A stretch of DNA of 64,000 nt. Source: an uncultured candidate division Zixibacteria bacterium (GTDB lineage: Bacteria; Zixibacteria; MSB-5A5; GN15; FEB-12). The first letter of the stretch is position 1; every line of letters starts with the position of its first letter. This document shows, piece after piece, positions 29,179-39,893 of this stretch. The notes below the pieces were generated by a model. The model saw only the letters and a list, made by a program, of their open reading frames with translations, ran no database searches and was not told the origin of the DNA. The position numbers and the translations under genes are program-made. The stretch spans positions 436,883 through 500,882 of the forward strand of contig CAWDXE010000004.1 in NCBI GenBank assembly GCA_963806185.1. Direction: 5' to 3'.

Positions 29179-31758
29179 CTACCTGACCAGGAGCATTTTT
29201 CTCGAAAGCGTTCCTGAGTCTGCGGTGAGCTGGTAGAGGTAGATGCCGCTGGACACCTGCTGACCGAAATCATCTCGTCCGTCCCACGTGATCGCACAGG
29301 GCCCGGCCGGCCGGGTCGACTCTATGAGTTGACGAACCCGCTGACCTCGCGCATTAAATACGGCCAGACGAACTGAACTCTTTGTCGGCAGCTCAAAAGT
29401 GATGACGGTAGACGGATTGAACGGATTTGGATAGTTCTGGTTCAGTTCAAGCCGGGTGGGGAGATGCTCACCGCCCGTTTCTTCAGCGCTTGTAGCGCTC
29501 TCGACAATCTGGTTGGCGGAGAATTCCGAGCTGTTGCCGTTCAGGTCAGTGGCAACCGCAGTCAGAGTATCGCCTTCTACAACGTTAGTGAGCGTTACCG
29601 AATAGGCGCCTGTGTTATCCGCATATGTCGAGGCTACCCATAACCTGCCCTCACCTTTGCCGCCCGGGTCGGGGGAGGCGAGATATACGTCGATCAACGC
29701 CATCGGCGCCGAAGTCCCGCGCGCTTCGGTTGCGGTTGTGCTGGCAATAGTGGGGGCCGGCATGCTGCGCTGTGCCCTGTCCCGTGTGACAATACCCAGC
29801 GAATCATTCCCGAGAATCTCATTGTAACGGATCAGCACGGCATAGCTCTCGGCTCCGGAGACCACTATGCCGTGCCCGCGATTGAACGCAATGCGATTTC
29901 CGCACTCGGCCCGGTCGCCGCCGATACTACAATTGCGCGCACCGTCTGTCACGCAAATACCAATTCCCCTATTCGGAATCTTGAGATTGCCGTCGTAACC
30001 GACTCCGACATAATTGCCCTGGATGATATTGTCGCTCGTTCCCGCGCCGAACAGGTGAATTCCTCTGCCAAACTCGGCCACGACCGTATCAGTGCCGTTT
30101 CCGGAAATAACATTCCGTTCCGGTGCCGTGGTGCCGCCGATCAAATTGTGACGGGCCCCGTTTCCGATCGCGACACCGGTCGATTGATTCCTCATGCGTG
30201 CGCTGGCCGTCACGTCGAGTCCGATAACATTTCCGCTGACTCGATTATAAGTCGTCCCTTCATCAGAGATGAAGACACCGACCCCAAGCGGAAACACGTC
30301 GTCGCGATTGCCCGAGATTGTGTTGCCGCTCCCCGCGAGGCTTCCACCGATCAGATTGTGAGAAGCACCGTTGAAAATTCCCACGCCGGCGGCATTCGAA
30401 ATCGGCGAGGCTCCATTCATCGAGGGTCCAATCATATTTCCAGAAACTGCATTGTCATCGGTGCCGGGATCGGTCAACCGGACGCCGTATCCTGCATTGC
30501 CGCTGATGACGTTCATCTCACTGGAGGCGGTCCCGCCGATCTGTGTATGTGACGCCCCGTTGCTGACCGTAATCCCGTCACCCTCAATCCAGCCATTGTA
30601 TCGGTAGCCGAAACCCGTTCGATCGCTGCCGACATAGTTGTTCGTAATCGTCGTGAACATCGTGCCCGAACCGCTGACAAGAATGCCGGACAGCCCGTTG
30701 CCGGATACAATGTTGCGGGACGATGGCTCAGCCGTCCCCACCTGGGTATATTGAGCGCCGTTGGTGATGACAATGCCGTGCCCCATGTTGGGTGCGAGCA
30801 GATTTCCCGAGGCCTGCAATCCGATAATGTTGCCCAGGAGCTGAGTCGAATCGGTTCCCGATCCTTCGATGACGATGCCATCTCCGGAATTATACGAGAC
30901 GACATTGCCTTCGCCGGTATTCGGCCCGCCAATAATCGTACCGCGCGCCCCGGCAACTATGTGGATTCCCCCGAGTAGATTCCCAGGTCCATTCGTACCG
31001 CTCAAATCCGGACCGATACGATTGCCGGCGACAGTGTTGGCGTTTCCGCGATCGATCTCGACCCCCCATGTGAGATTACCGCTGATCAGATTCGGTTTGC
31101 CTGAACCGCCAATGTTATTGTGATGCGCCCCTTCCGAAACTCGAACTCCAATCTGATTTCCGTCGACAAATGTCCCCGGTACTCCGATGCCGATCCAGTT
31201 GTTCGTGAGAGCGTTGCCCGACGCCCCCTGGCCGGTAATCAGAATCGCCCCGCCGTCCGATACCTCCGTGCCGTTTTTCAGGAAGATACAACTATCGATC
31301 ACGTTGTCCCGGCCGGTGATCACAATGCCGTACCGTCGAGCTCGATGCACCGAAAATCCCGTGATGCCGTTGTCATCCCCGGCGAGGCCGATCGCAGACT
31401 CATACATTGCCAGTTCCAGCGCATCGATCACCGTCCCTTCACCGTGGATCGTCGTGCTGTCGCCGACTACGGTGAGCCTGCCGAGGGTGAGCTTGATCGT
31501 CGCGATATCCGCCCGACAGTAGATTGTATCTACAGCGGGGTTGGCATCGGCCTCCTCGATGGCTGCGCGAAGAGTACAATGTCCCGCCGCGTCTTCACAC
31601 ACGCCGTCCCCGACGACATCATCATGAGTGTCATCGCTGGAATTTATCTCGAAACGCGCCGACCGTGCGGAATCGGCGAAAATGGTCGCGCAAACGAGCA
31701 GCCATGCACAGTAACGGAGAACCGCGCAGGTGAGGAATTGGCGGCGAGGAGTTGTCAT
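29179..31758 (-). CDS. CSLREA-domain parallel beta-helix surface protein with T9SS-like/FlgD C-terminal domain
   Basis: CTLRAAIEEA, repeated N.IGG....N.ISGN units, C-terminus QNYPNPFNPSTVI...WDGRD...SSGIYLY...RKMLLVR. Confidence 0.85.
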   Translation of the reverse strand: MTTPRRQFLTCAVLRYCAWLLVCATIFADSARSARFEINSSDDTHDDVVGDGVCEDAAGHCTLRAAIEEADANPAVDTIYCRADIATIKLTLGRLTVVGDSTTIHGEGTVIDALELAMYESAIGLAGDDNGITGFSVHRARRYGIVITGRDNVIDSCIFLKNGTEVSDGGAILITGQGASGNALTNNWIGIGVPGTFVDGNQIGVRVSEGAHHNNIGGSGKPNLISGNLTWGVEIDRGNANTVAGNRIGPDLSGTNGPGNLLGGIHIVAGARGTIIGGPNTGEGNVVSYNSGDGIVIEGSGTDSTQLLGNIIGLQASGNLLAPNMGHGIVITNGAQYTQVGTAEPSSRNIVSGNGLSGILVSGSGTMFTTITNNYVGSDRTGFGYRYNGWIEGDGITVSNGASHTQIGGTASSEMNVISGNAGYGVRLTDPGTDDNAVSGNMIGPSMNGASPISNAAGVGIFNGASHNLIGGSLAGSGNTISGNRDDVFPLGVGVFISDEGTTYNRVSGNVIGLDVTASARMRNQSTGVAIGNGARHNLIGGTTAPERNVISGNGTDTVVAEFGRGIHLFGAGTSDNIIQGNYVGVGYDGNLKIPNRGIGICVTDGARNCSIGGDRAECGNRIAFNRGHGIVVSGAESYAVLIRYNEILGNDSLGIVTRDRAQRSMPAPTIASTTATEARGTSAPMALIDVYLASPDPGGKGEGRLWVASTYADNTGAYSVTLTNVVEGDTLTAVATDLNGNSSEFSANQIVESATSAEETGGEHLPTRLELNQNYPNPFNPSTVITFELPTKSSVRLAVFNARGQRVRQLIESTRPAGPCAITWDGRDDFGQQVSSGIYLYQLTADSGTLSRKMLLVR

Positions 31759-33905
31759 TTCAACAAAAGCATCTTTCGCGTAACCGCCTGGCCCCCAGAT
31801 TCCAGGCGATAGAAATATATGCCGGTCGCAACCGGACGTGAGAACTGATCCATACCATGCCAGAAAGAAGTGTGAGCCCCGGCCGTCTGCGGTCCGTCAA
31901 CCAATCGCGCCACCTCCTGCCCCAACAGGTTCAGGATCGACAGCGACACGGTACCGTCTGAAGGAAGAACGTAGTCGATGGTCGTCGAGGGGTTGAACGG
32001 ATTTGGATAGTTCGGAGCCAACACGATTTGAGACGGGAGGGATGACGAATGATCATTCGTCTCCGTCGGGATGCGCAGATCATAAACGTTGAGGGTGTGA
32101 CCACCCGAAGTAAAGAGAAGGTCATTCACGGCCACCAACATTGTGCCGGCCCGACCACCTCTATCGAGCAATAGCGGTAGCTGGTCGTCCCCGGGGGCGG
32201 GACGTTCAAAGATGCCGATACCCTCGTCGCCGATGCTGTACATCCGGTCCGATCCGAAGGCCACCTGACGGATATCGAGCGGAGGAAGTTCTGTGTGTAT
32301 CGGTACGTCCGCAGCCGAGAGATCCACAGTAGCCACGCGATCGCCCGAAAGCGCATAAAGGTACTTGGTGACATCGTCGTAGACGAGTGAAGTAACATTG
32401 CGCGCCACTCCCCAGGTCGCCTTGTTTTCCAGCCCATCGTTTGAGTTCCGGCGGTAGATGTACAGCTGACCCTTGTTGGTGGCCACCGCCACCCACTCTC
32501 GGGCACACACCGCGGCCGTGATGATTCCTTGCACAATGATGTTCGCCAATGGCTCGATCAACAAGGTATCCGATAACGAATACAGCGTGGCTCGAGTCCC
32601 GCCCCAGGTGAGCACAGTGTACTTGTCGTTGACGGAAAACTGATTTGCGGCGAACCCTTTCACCTTGGTTGTGTCGACGTCCAGATAGTTATCCAGGAAC
32701 AGCGAATCGAATTGATACCGGGAGAGGAAGATGGCCCCAACCGTGGGGAAGAAGCACAAAAGTCGCCCCATACTGTTGTCAAGTGAGGTGGCGCTTTTAA
32801 GCGGGACAAATAGTGACGTGTCCAGTTCCGGTTCACCGGTTGGGCCGACCGCGTAGATTTCAACCGGCCGACCGATCTGGCTCACATACAAACGATTATC
32901 AAAAAACTCGAGGTCTGTAATCGTCTGCGGCCCGGCATACGCCGGCTTCGGAGTGGTCGAAATATAAATCTGGTCCAGAGCCAGGTGTTGCAGGAAACCG
33001 CGATAATCGGAATAGAGCAGAACAATCGAGGTACCGGCCGCGAACATGTCCGGTTGGCCGCTGGCGTTGAAGGAGCTCTCCACCGGCGCGTGTGTAACAT
33101 GTCGATCCTTGCGACTCACGATGTCCATTACCGGAGCGGCCGGATCAATCGCCACAACAAGCGAATCAATAGTCAGAATCACTCTGGGGGCGATCGACAA
33201 CGCTATCGTATCGGCGGAAAAGTCAGGTCGGACAAGCAACAACTCTTTTCTTGCGGCCAGTCCGATGAGAATAGTCGTGTCGGTGATACAGAAGCGCGAT
33301 GCTTGAAAGGGGATCCAGACGACATCGCGCAATTCACCGAAATCCGCACCGGACACATCATAACGAAGTATGCCGTTATAATCGTCCAATACATACAGCG
33401 TATCAGCTCGACACTCGACTTGAATTGCATGGATAGCGGAAAAGTCGGAGTCGGCCGCTTGCGGGTGGGCATATTGCGTGAGCCGATAACGCCGCACGCC
33501 CTCGAAGCCCATGGCGCAGTAAAGACTCTGGCCGTGAAGCGCAAAATCCGTGTAGGGAACGCCGATATCTATCTGCCCGGCCAGCGTCAGAGTCGGCAAA
33601 TCACCGATGTTGATGACATACAGCACGTCACTTTTTGTCCGCACCATCAACATATTCCCGAACCGCTTCAATTGAGTTGGCGCAGAATTGAGAAATAAGT
33701 GATCTATCTGGGCATACTGACCAGTGGTCGGATCGGCCAGGGCGAGTGCCAATCCATCGTCGGTCGTTCCGATGAGAAAGGAATCCACGACCAGCACACA
33801 GCGGAATGATCCCCAGAGCAGGCTGTAATCCGGATCCGTTGGCACGGCACCCTGAGAGCCGCTCACCGCACAGAGGCTGATCAATATGGCGACCAGGCCT
33901 TTCAT
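31755..33905 (-). CDS. Secreted beta-propeller-like protein with T9SS-like/FlgD C-terminal domain
   Basis: Signal peptide, LVIVD-like beta repeats, C-terminus PNYPNPFNPSTTI...ATGIYFY...RKMLLLK. ATGA overlaps with both neighbours. Confidence 0.8.
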   Translation of the reverse strand: MKGLVAILISLCAVSGSQGAVPTDPDYSLLWGSFRCVLVVDSFLIGTTDDGLALALADPTTGQYAQIDHLFLNSAPTQLKRFGNMLMVRTKSDVLYVINIGDLPTLTLAGQIDIGVPYTDFALHGQSLYCAMGFEGVRRYRLTQYAHPQAADSDFSAIHAIQVECRADTLYVLDDYNGILRYDVSGADFGELRDVVWIPFQASRFCITDTTILIGLAARKELLLVRPDFSADTIALSIAPRVILTIDSLVVAIDPAAPVMDIVSRKDRHVTHAPVESSFNASGQPDMFAAGTSIVLLYSDYRGFLQHLALDQIYISTTPKPAYAGPQTITDLEFFDNRLYVSQIGRPVEIYAVGPTGEPELDTSLFVPLKSATSLDNSMGRLLCFFPTVGAIFLSRYQFDSLFLDNYLDVDTTKVKGFAANQFSVNDKYTVLTWGGTRATLYSLSDTLLIEPLANIIVQGIITAAVCAREWVAVATNKGQLYIYRRNSNDGLENKATWGVARNVTSLVYDDVTKYLYALSGDRVATVDLSAADVPIHTELPPLDIRQVAFGSDRMYSIGDEGIGIFERPAPGDDQLPLLLDRGGRAGTMLVAVNDLLFTSGGHTLNVYDLRIPTETNDHSSSLPSQIVLAPNYPNPFNPSTTIDYVLPSDGTVSLSILNLLGQEVARLVDGPQTAGAHTSFWHGMDQFSRPVATGIYFYRLESGGQAVTRKMLLLK

Positions 33906-36900
33906 TTGACCAGCACCATCTTTCGTGCCGACGTGTAGCTGCCCGCCTGAAGTTGATAAAAGTATACACCGGAGGCGATAGACGACCCGTCGAGGGTCAC
34001 CGTATAACTACCCGCGCTCCGTTCCTCATTGACAAGGCACTTCACCTGTTGTCCGAGGATGTTGAAGACGTCGAGCTTCACCATGGTTCGTCTCGGTACG
34101 GAAAAAGAAATGGCGGTCGTCGGGTTGAACGGATTGGGATAGTTCTGCTCCAGTGCAAAGGCAGCGGGGAGTGCGTCTCCGGGGTCGGGAGTGTCGGTGG
34201 GGATGGCCGGGTCAACGTATTGGAGGCTGTTGCGCGTATCCATGAACAGCCGAGCGGCGTTCTTGCCGCCGTGTGACGGAGCATTGAAATTCCAGACGTA
34301 CACCACACCGGATTCGCTGACCAGGACAAGTTCTACGAGCCCGTCGCCATCCATATCGTCAACGAGCGGCGTATACGGAGTCGAAAATACTCCCCTGGTT
34401 TCCGCGGGAGTCGCCACCGGCCACCCCGGCAGCAGGTTCATCTGGTGATCGAAAATGAAGATCTTTTCGGTGCCGGTGCCGGGCAGAATGTAACCCGACC
34501 GCATGATGAGTTCCGGTCGCCCATCGCCAGTGAGGTCGGCCGCGATCGGCGAACTCAGCGTCACACCAACGCGAATCGCCTCCCCAAATGGCCGGCCGCC
34601 TTTCACGACATATGGCGATCCGTCCGCTCTGAATATGTACACCACTCCGACATCGTACTCAAAGAAGCTGCAGATGACCTCTGGCGACCCATCTCCATCC
34701 AGGTCCGCCGCGGTAGGATAATTTCCTCTCCAACCGCCGACCTCCGGCAACTGGATCGGGAATCCGGGAACGGCGAACCGTCCCAGCGTCTTTGCCCAGA
34801 TGGTTCGGACGCCAAGGGAGTCATAACCGGTGGTAACAATCTCAGGCAATTGGTCCTGCGTCAAGTCGACCAGGACGGTGCCGTAAACTCCGGAAGCTTC
34901 AATCTGTATCGGACTGGCCGCCTTGAAAGCCGGCTGCCCAGTGCGCGAATCATAGATCCCCACACCGCCGCGCGGGATGAGCGACGAATAGCTGGCGATG
35001 ACTTCGTTGTAACCGTCGCCATTGAGATCCGCTGAGACGACGTTGTTTCCGCCCCAGAAGTATGATGGTGTCTCATACGGATTGATCGCCGCAAACCATC
35101 CCTCGAGTGAGTAAAAGTATGGCTGCCCGTTAAACTGATAGGCACACACATTTCCGCTTCCATCCATGCACATAACCACCGAATCGGCCGTCGGGCTGAG
35201 ACGTCCCACCGACACAGTGGCGTTTCCAAGGCCGCTGGATCCCATTTCCCGCATGATAGGCCAGCCCGCCGCCGAACTGCCGTCATACTTGATCGCCTCT
35301 ATGGTCGCATCGGTGGCAACGAGGATCTCATCGAGTCCGTCGTGATCCACATCATATATCGCCGCAACACCGCGACAGTCCAGGTCAAATAAGGTCGGAA
35401 ACCCGGTGACCGGACTACCGTCGCCGTGAAATACATTGATACCCTGCACCGTGCCGACAATAATCTCCTTAACGCCGTCGTGATCCAGATCGGCCACAAC
35501 CGGACTAAGACATCCGCGCCCGGTCAAGGGCTGTGGCCATCCCGACGCAAAGGCGCTGTTGATGTGCACAACCACAGTGTCGGCCAGCGTCTCCGCGCCG
35601 TAGTAACCGGTCAGAACTATGTCATAGTCTCCGCTGTCCAGTCCCGATGCTTCCCATGAAAAGGCCAGCGAATCGAAGTATTCCCCCGTGGACTGCATCA
35701 GCGTTGATTGCGTTGACGACGCCGTGAAGTAGGATAACGTCGTCGAATCGATATCCGGACCATAGGCGGTAATGTATATCGGTATGTGGAAATTGAATTC
35801 CTGGCCACTGGTCGGTGCAACAATGAGCAACTGTCTGTTGGGCACATAGGTAAACGTTACCGTCGAATAGTTGCCCAGCGCATCCGTGACACGCAGAGTC
35901 ACGTGGCCGGCTAGTTCAGGTTTCTCAAAAACTGTCGCCAACGAATCGACGGGCAGCGCCGCTCCCTCGGCGAGCGGCAACCAGGTTTCAGGAGCCGCGG
36001 CCGTCGAATATTCCAGCTTCCAGTAGCCCGCATATCCGTGAATTGCCGCCAGGCGGACTTGAGTCGCGCTGCCGTGACGGGATTGTTTGGTCGGCGAGAC
36101 AATGGAAATCCCCCCGTCCTGCAGGAGATCCAAAGAACGGGCAATATTGAGATAGCCGCTGCCGGAAATCGTGTCGGGTCCCGGAAGATAGGAGCTGTCG
36201 TCGCGCGGATCGATCATGTCGGTAGCGCCCGCCTTCAGCACCGACTCCAGTCGACTGATGGACAGGTCGGGCCGGATTCCCAACACCAAGGCAGCAGCTC
36301 CGCATACAGTCGGTGCGGCCATCGACGTGCCATCTGACAGGTAATACAGCGAATCCGCTCCGATAATCCGCACGCCCGGTTCACCAGCTGCGGCGTACAT
36401 GTCGGTCCCGGCGGCCCGCAGCGACAGGATGTCAAGTCCCGGCGCCACAATGTCAATGTGTGCTCCGAAAGTTGAGAAACTGGTCATAAATCCGCGCGAA
36501 TCGCCGGCTCCAACTGTGAAGACACTCGGAATCGCCGCCGGATACCAGCGCGTATTGTCGCCGGTATTTCCGGCCGCTACGACTACCATGACGCCGTTGA
36601 TCCGGGCAAACTCGACGGCATCGGACAGTATGACCGACTCGTACGGAGTGCCCCAGCTGATATTGATGATCTGAGCTCCGGCATTCACCGCGTAGACGAT
36701 TCCGGCCGCCCCCACTGCGGTGGTAGCATTGGGTCGAATCTTGACGGCCATGATGCAGGCTTCCGGCGCCACGCCGACGATTCCCCGGCCGTTGGCCGCC
36801 GCGGCAATGATGCCCGCGATATGCGTTCCGTGACCCGATATATCGGACGGATCATTGTCGCCAACAATATTGGTGATGGACGAAGTGTTGCCGGAGACGT

Positions 36901-37588
36901 CGTACCCCAGAGTATCGTCGACATAACCGTTGCGATCGTCGTCGATGCCGTTGCGCGGAATCTCGTCGGGATTCGACCAGAATTGACCTTGCAGCTCCGG
37001 ATGGGTAGGGTCGACGCCGGTGTCAATATCGGCCACGACGACTCTGGTCGAAGCGGCCGGCGCTGATCCATAAAGCGGATACCGGCCGAGATCCATGCCG
37101 GCGACACCTGTTTTGAGAATGAGCTTATCGTTATTCGTGCCCGGTTTTCGGTCGATGCCGAGATACTCCTGACCGCTGTTATGAAGATACCACTGATTCG
37201 TAAACAGCGAGTCGGTCGGCACATCGAAGAACTCGAGCCAGTACTCCGGCTCTACTACTTCCACGTTCGCCGGCCCCAGTCGGGTTCGCAGTTGCTCGGC
37301 AGTGAGGGAAGTGTCGGTCGAAACAAACCGATAGTATCGTTCCCAAATCTGACCGCCCAGCTTGGCATCGGTGACCGCCGTCGAGACTCGCTCCAGACTC
37401 TGGTTCGCCGTCAGGGATTGGGTCACCACCTCGGCCCGAACACCTTCTACTAAACGCACCAAGTAGACCCCGGGGAGTCGTCCGCTTTGCGCCTGAGTTG
37501 GACCGTATAGAAGTGCGCCGAGTAGCACCAGAGAGAAGATAGGTATCATCGAATGAATTTGCTCGGCCGGCTTGCGTTTTTGCTGCAT
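33902..37588 (-). CDS. Secreted S8 subtilase with FG-GAP/VCBS repeats and T9SS-like C-terminal domain
   Basis: Triad DIDTG / HGTHIAG / GTSMAAP, repeated ADLDxDGxxE units, C-terminus QNYPNPFNPTT...RKMVLVK. Confidence 0.9.
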   Translation of the reverse strand: MQQKRKPAEQIHSMIPIFSLVLLGALLYGPTQAQSGRLPGVYLVRLVEGVRAEVVTQSLTANQSLERVSTAVTDAKLGGQIWERYYRFVSTDTSLTAEQLRTRLGPANVEVVEPEYWLEFFDVPTDSLFTNQWYLHNSGQEYLGIDRKPGTNNDKLILKTGVAGMDLGRYPLYGSAPAASTRVVVADIDTGVDPTHPELQGQFWSNPDEIPRNGIDDDRNGYVDDTLGYDVSGNTSSITNIVGDNDPSDISGHGTHIAGIIAAAANGRGIVGVAPEACIMAVKIRPNATTAVGAAGIVYAVNAGAQIINISWGTPYESVILSDAVEFARINGVMVVVAAGNTGDNTRWYPAAIPSVFTVGAGDSRGFMTSFSTFGAHIDIVAPGLDILSLRAAGTDMYAAAGEPGVRIIGADSLYYLSDGTSMAAPTVCGAAALVLGIRPDLSISRLESVLKAGATDMIDPRDDSSYLPGPDTISGSGYLNIARSLDLLQDGGISIVSPTKQSRHGSATQVRLAAIHGYAGYWKLEYSTAAAPETWLPLAEGAALPVDSLATVFEKPELAGHVTLRVTDALGNYSTVTFTYVPNRQLLIVAPTSGQEFNFHIPIYITAYGPDIDSTTLSYFTASSTQSTLMQSTGEYFDSLAFSWEASGLDSGDYDIVLTGYYGAETLADTVVVHINSAFASGWPQPLTGRGCLSPVVADLDHDGVKEIIVGTVQGINVFHGDGSPVTGFPTLFDLDCRGVAAIYDVDHDGLDEILVATDATIEAIKYDGSSAAGWPIMREMGSSGLGNATVSVGRLSPTADSVVMCMDGSGNVCAYQFNGQPYFYSLEGWFAAINPYETPSYFWGGNNVVSADLNGDGYNEVIASYSSLIPRGGVGIYDSRTGQPAFKAASPIQIEASGVYGTVLVDLTQDQLPEIVTTGYDSLGVRTIWAKTLGRFAVPGFPIQLPEVGGWRGNYPTAADLDGDGSPEVICSFFEYDVGVVYIFRADGSPYVVKGGRPFGEAIRVGVTLSSPIAADLTGDGRPELIMRSGYILPGTGTEKIFIFDHQMNLLPGWPVATPAETRGVFSTPYTPLVDDMDGDGLVELVLVSESGVVYVWNFNAPSHGGKNAARLFMDTRNSLQYVDPAIPTDTPDPGDALPAAFALEQNYPNPFNPTTAISFSVPRRTMVKLDVFNILGQQVKCLVNEERSAGSYTVTLDGSSIASGVYFYQLQAGSYTSARKMVLVK

Positions 37589-37755
37589 ACGCCCTTCCAG
37601 TGTCTATGTCTGATCATAGACGCGGCAACAGGGCCATTTGTCCAAGCTCGTCTTGGCCTGAAATTTGGACCAAATCGCCAAATGCAATCGGCGTGGGGAA
37701 TCTATTTCCGTCCGGATCAGGCGGGTAACCCAACAGGGATACCCGCCGATCACAC

Positions 37756-39651
37756 TTATCCGCAGGTCAACAGCGATCCACCGAGGAACATGTAGGCGAT
37801 CAGCACAGTCAGATCGCCGATATCAAGGCTACCGACTCCATCCACGTTTGCCGAGGCTTCATTGGGAGGTGTCGGGCCGTTCAGGAAAAGAAAGGACACA
37901 AGATACGTCAGATCACTGATATCGGGGCCTATTCCGTTGTTGTCTACGTCGCCCGGGCGACACGTAATCACGTAGCCGTCCACCAGTGTCGGCAAATACT
38001 CTCCGGCATGTGTCCAATGCGTGGGGAAAAACCCGCTGAAGCTAGTCACCTTAACCTCGTTAGTGACCCCCTTAGGGGCGCTCGACGGAACCTTCAGGAA
38101 AAACTTGAGTACGGGTCCGCTCCCCGGAGGTAGCGCTCCACCTGGGCCGGTCGTGAAATCGTAGGTGTACGTATACCGTTTGTTCCCGACATCCAGACCG
38201 GAAAGCACCTTTGCATAGCCGCTGGTGCGAAGACCGGCATCGGAAACTGAATCCAAGGTCATATTCAGTGGGCCCGCGAAGGTGAATGGCAGCATCAACC
38301 CGGTCAACGGCAAGTGGTTGTCGGCAGTTATGGAAATCTGCACATGCTGTCCCGGAGTTGCCTGCACATGGGACGTGATCAACGTATCCATGTACGCTGA
38401 CACGGCGCCATCCTTTTGCGTAGAGAAGGGACCGTCAGTCGTCTGAGCCGTGCAGGTGACGGTGTAATATCCAGGCGCAATGTATTCGTGGGTCGGATTC
38501 TGATCTGTGGAAGTGCCGCCGTCGCCAAAATCCCAGAGCCAACCCGTTGCCGTGCGCGGCGTGCTGCCGGCAAAACTGACCGTGATCGGTACGGGGCCAA
38601 ACGCGTTGGCGGCAGTAAACGTCACGCCGTACATCCAACTCTGAAGTTCAGTATTCGTCCAACAGTGCATGCGACCGGATTGCTGAGCCGAAAATTCGGA
38701 ATAGCATGATGACGGAGCATAACCCATGTAATTCTGCGGGTCAGTGGGACCCCAGAGTTGACCGCTGCACGGATCGGTTCCCCCCGGCCCGCCACAGCTG
38801 TAATTGGTGGGCGTCGGATCGGTATCAGAGCACCAGTCCCAGACCGCGTCGCGATTGGAAGCGCCCGGTGATTCGTAACACGATCCACACTGGGTGGCTT
38901 CGCTTACGCCCGCCTGCGTGTGCAGAAGGCCGAGACAATGGCCGGTCTCGTGCGTGAGCGTGCCAAAATCGTAAGGGGCGAACATGACCCGGGCCATGAC
39001 AATACCGCCGGTGCTCAACAGAGCGTCGACGTCCCACGGGAAGTTTCCGTACGAATAGGTCACCGTCTGCCCGTTTATTACGTCGGTATTGCTGTACACT
39101 ACATACACGTTCATTTGCGAATCAGGCTTCACGGCGAGATTGGCCTTCATCGACTCACCTTCATTCCGCGACGTGATCACTCGGAAATTCGTTGAGTTGT
39201 CGTACTTCCAGGAGTACTCGAACTGGATTCGATACGGAAGGTAATCGGCATTCATCGTATCCATGGCATTCGCCAGATCAGCCGGTGTACACGCCGCACC
39301 GCTGCCGTCATCATTTCGCAGGATGTGGAAGAACACCCGAAAGTAGGTGATCGGATCCGACGGACCCGGGATGTACGAATCGCGCATCGCCGCACCGTCG
39401 CATGGTCCCTCGGGAGCGCAAGCGGCCGCATCAGTCGCTCCATGCGGGGCCATCATGCGATCAGCCAGCCAGAATTCTTCCGTTCGGCACCAACTTGACC
39501 CGCGGGCCGGTATGGAATCCGACTGCGCGCGTACCGTCTCGCCAACAACAATTAGTAACGCCGCTGAAAGCACCGTGACGGCAACTACTTTTGGCAAGCT
39601 ATTGATCAGCTTCCCCAATAGTGTGCTCTCTCTCATGTCCGTCCTTTCCAA
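37756..39651 (-). CDS. M43 (pappalysin/ulilysin-like) metalloprotease with PKD, cohesin-like and dockerin-like domains
   Basis: HETGHCLGLLH, NYMGY Met-turn, PKD WDFGDG...NPTHEY, cohesin-like PGQHVQISI...LPPGSGPVLKFF, dockerin GDVDNNGIGPDISDLT. Start may be 39636. Confidence 0.85.
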   Translation of the reverse strand: MERTDMRESTLLGKLINSLPKVVAVTVLSAALLIVVGETVRAQSDSIPARGSSWCRTEEFWLADRMMAPHGATDAAACAPEGPCDGAAMRDSYIPGPSDPITYFRVFFHILRNDDGSGAACTPADLANAMDTMNADYLPYRIQFEYSWKYDNSTNFRVITSRNEGESMKANLAVKPDSQMNVYVVYSNTDVINGQTVTYSYGNFPWDVDALLSTGGIVMARVMFAPYDFGTLTHETGHCLGLLHTQAGVSEATQCGSCYESPGASNRDAVWDWCSDTDPTPTNYSCGGPGGTDPCSGQLWGPTDPQNYMGYAPSSCYSEFSAQQSGRMHCWTNTELQSWMYGVTFTAANAFGPVPITVSFAGSTPRTATGWLWDFGDGGTSTDQNPTHEYIAPGYYTVTCTAQTTDGPFSTQKDGAVSAYMDTLITSHVQATPGQHVQISITADNHLPLTGLMLPFTFAGPLNMTLDSVSDAGLRTSGYAKVLSGLDVGNKRYTYTYDFTTGPGGALPPGSGPVLKFFLKVPSSAPKGVTNEVKVTSFSGFFPTHWTHAGEYLPTLVDGYVITCRPGDVDNNGIGPDISDLTYLVSFLFLNGPTPPNEASANVDGVGSLDIGDLTVLIAYMFLGGSLLTCG

Positions 39652-39893
39652 TTTTCTGAATTTCAGAATTTGCAGTCAATGGCAAGTCAAGGGTGAGGGT
39701 ACTCCAGTTCAAATATATGGAACTATGCAAAAAAGGCAAGGCAAAATTCGGGATAATTGCTTGTCCCCCAAATCGTAAGCCCTCCTCGATGGTGTTTTTT
39801 TGCTTTACATGGACGCCCACCCGCCGCTCTATTGTCGGCGATTACTTAGAACGGCAAGAAGATACATTTGCATTCACTTATGGAGGGCTCCAA

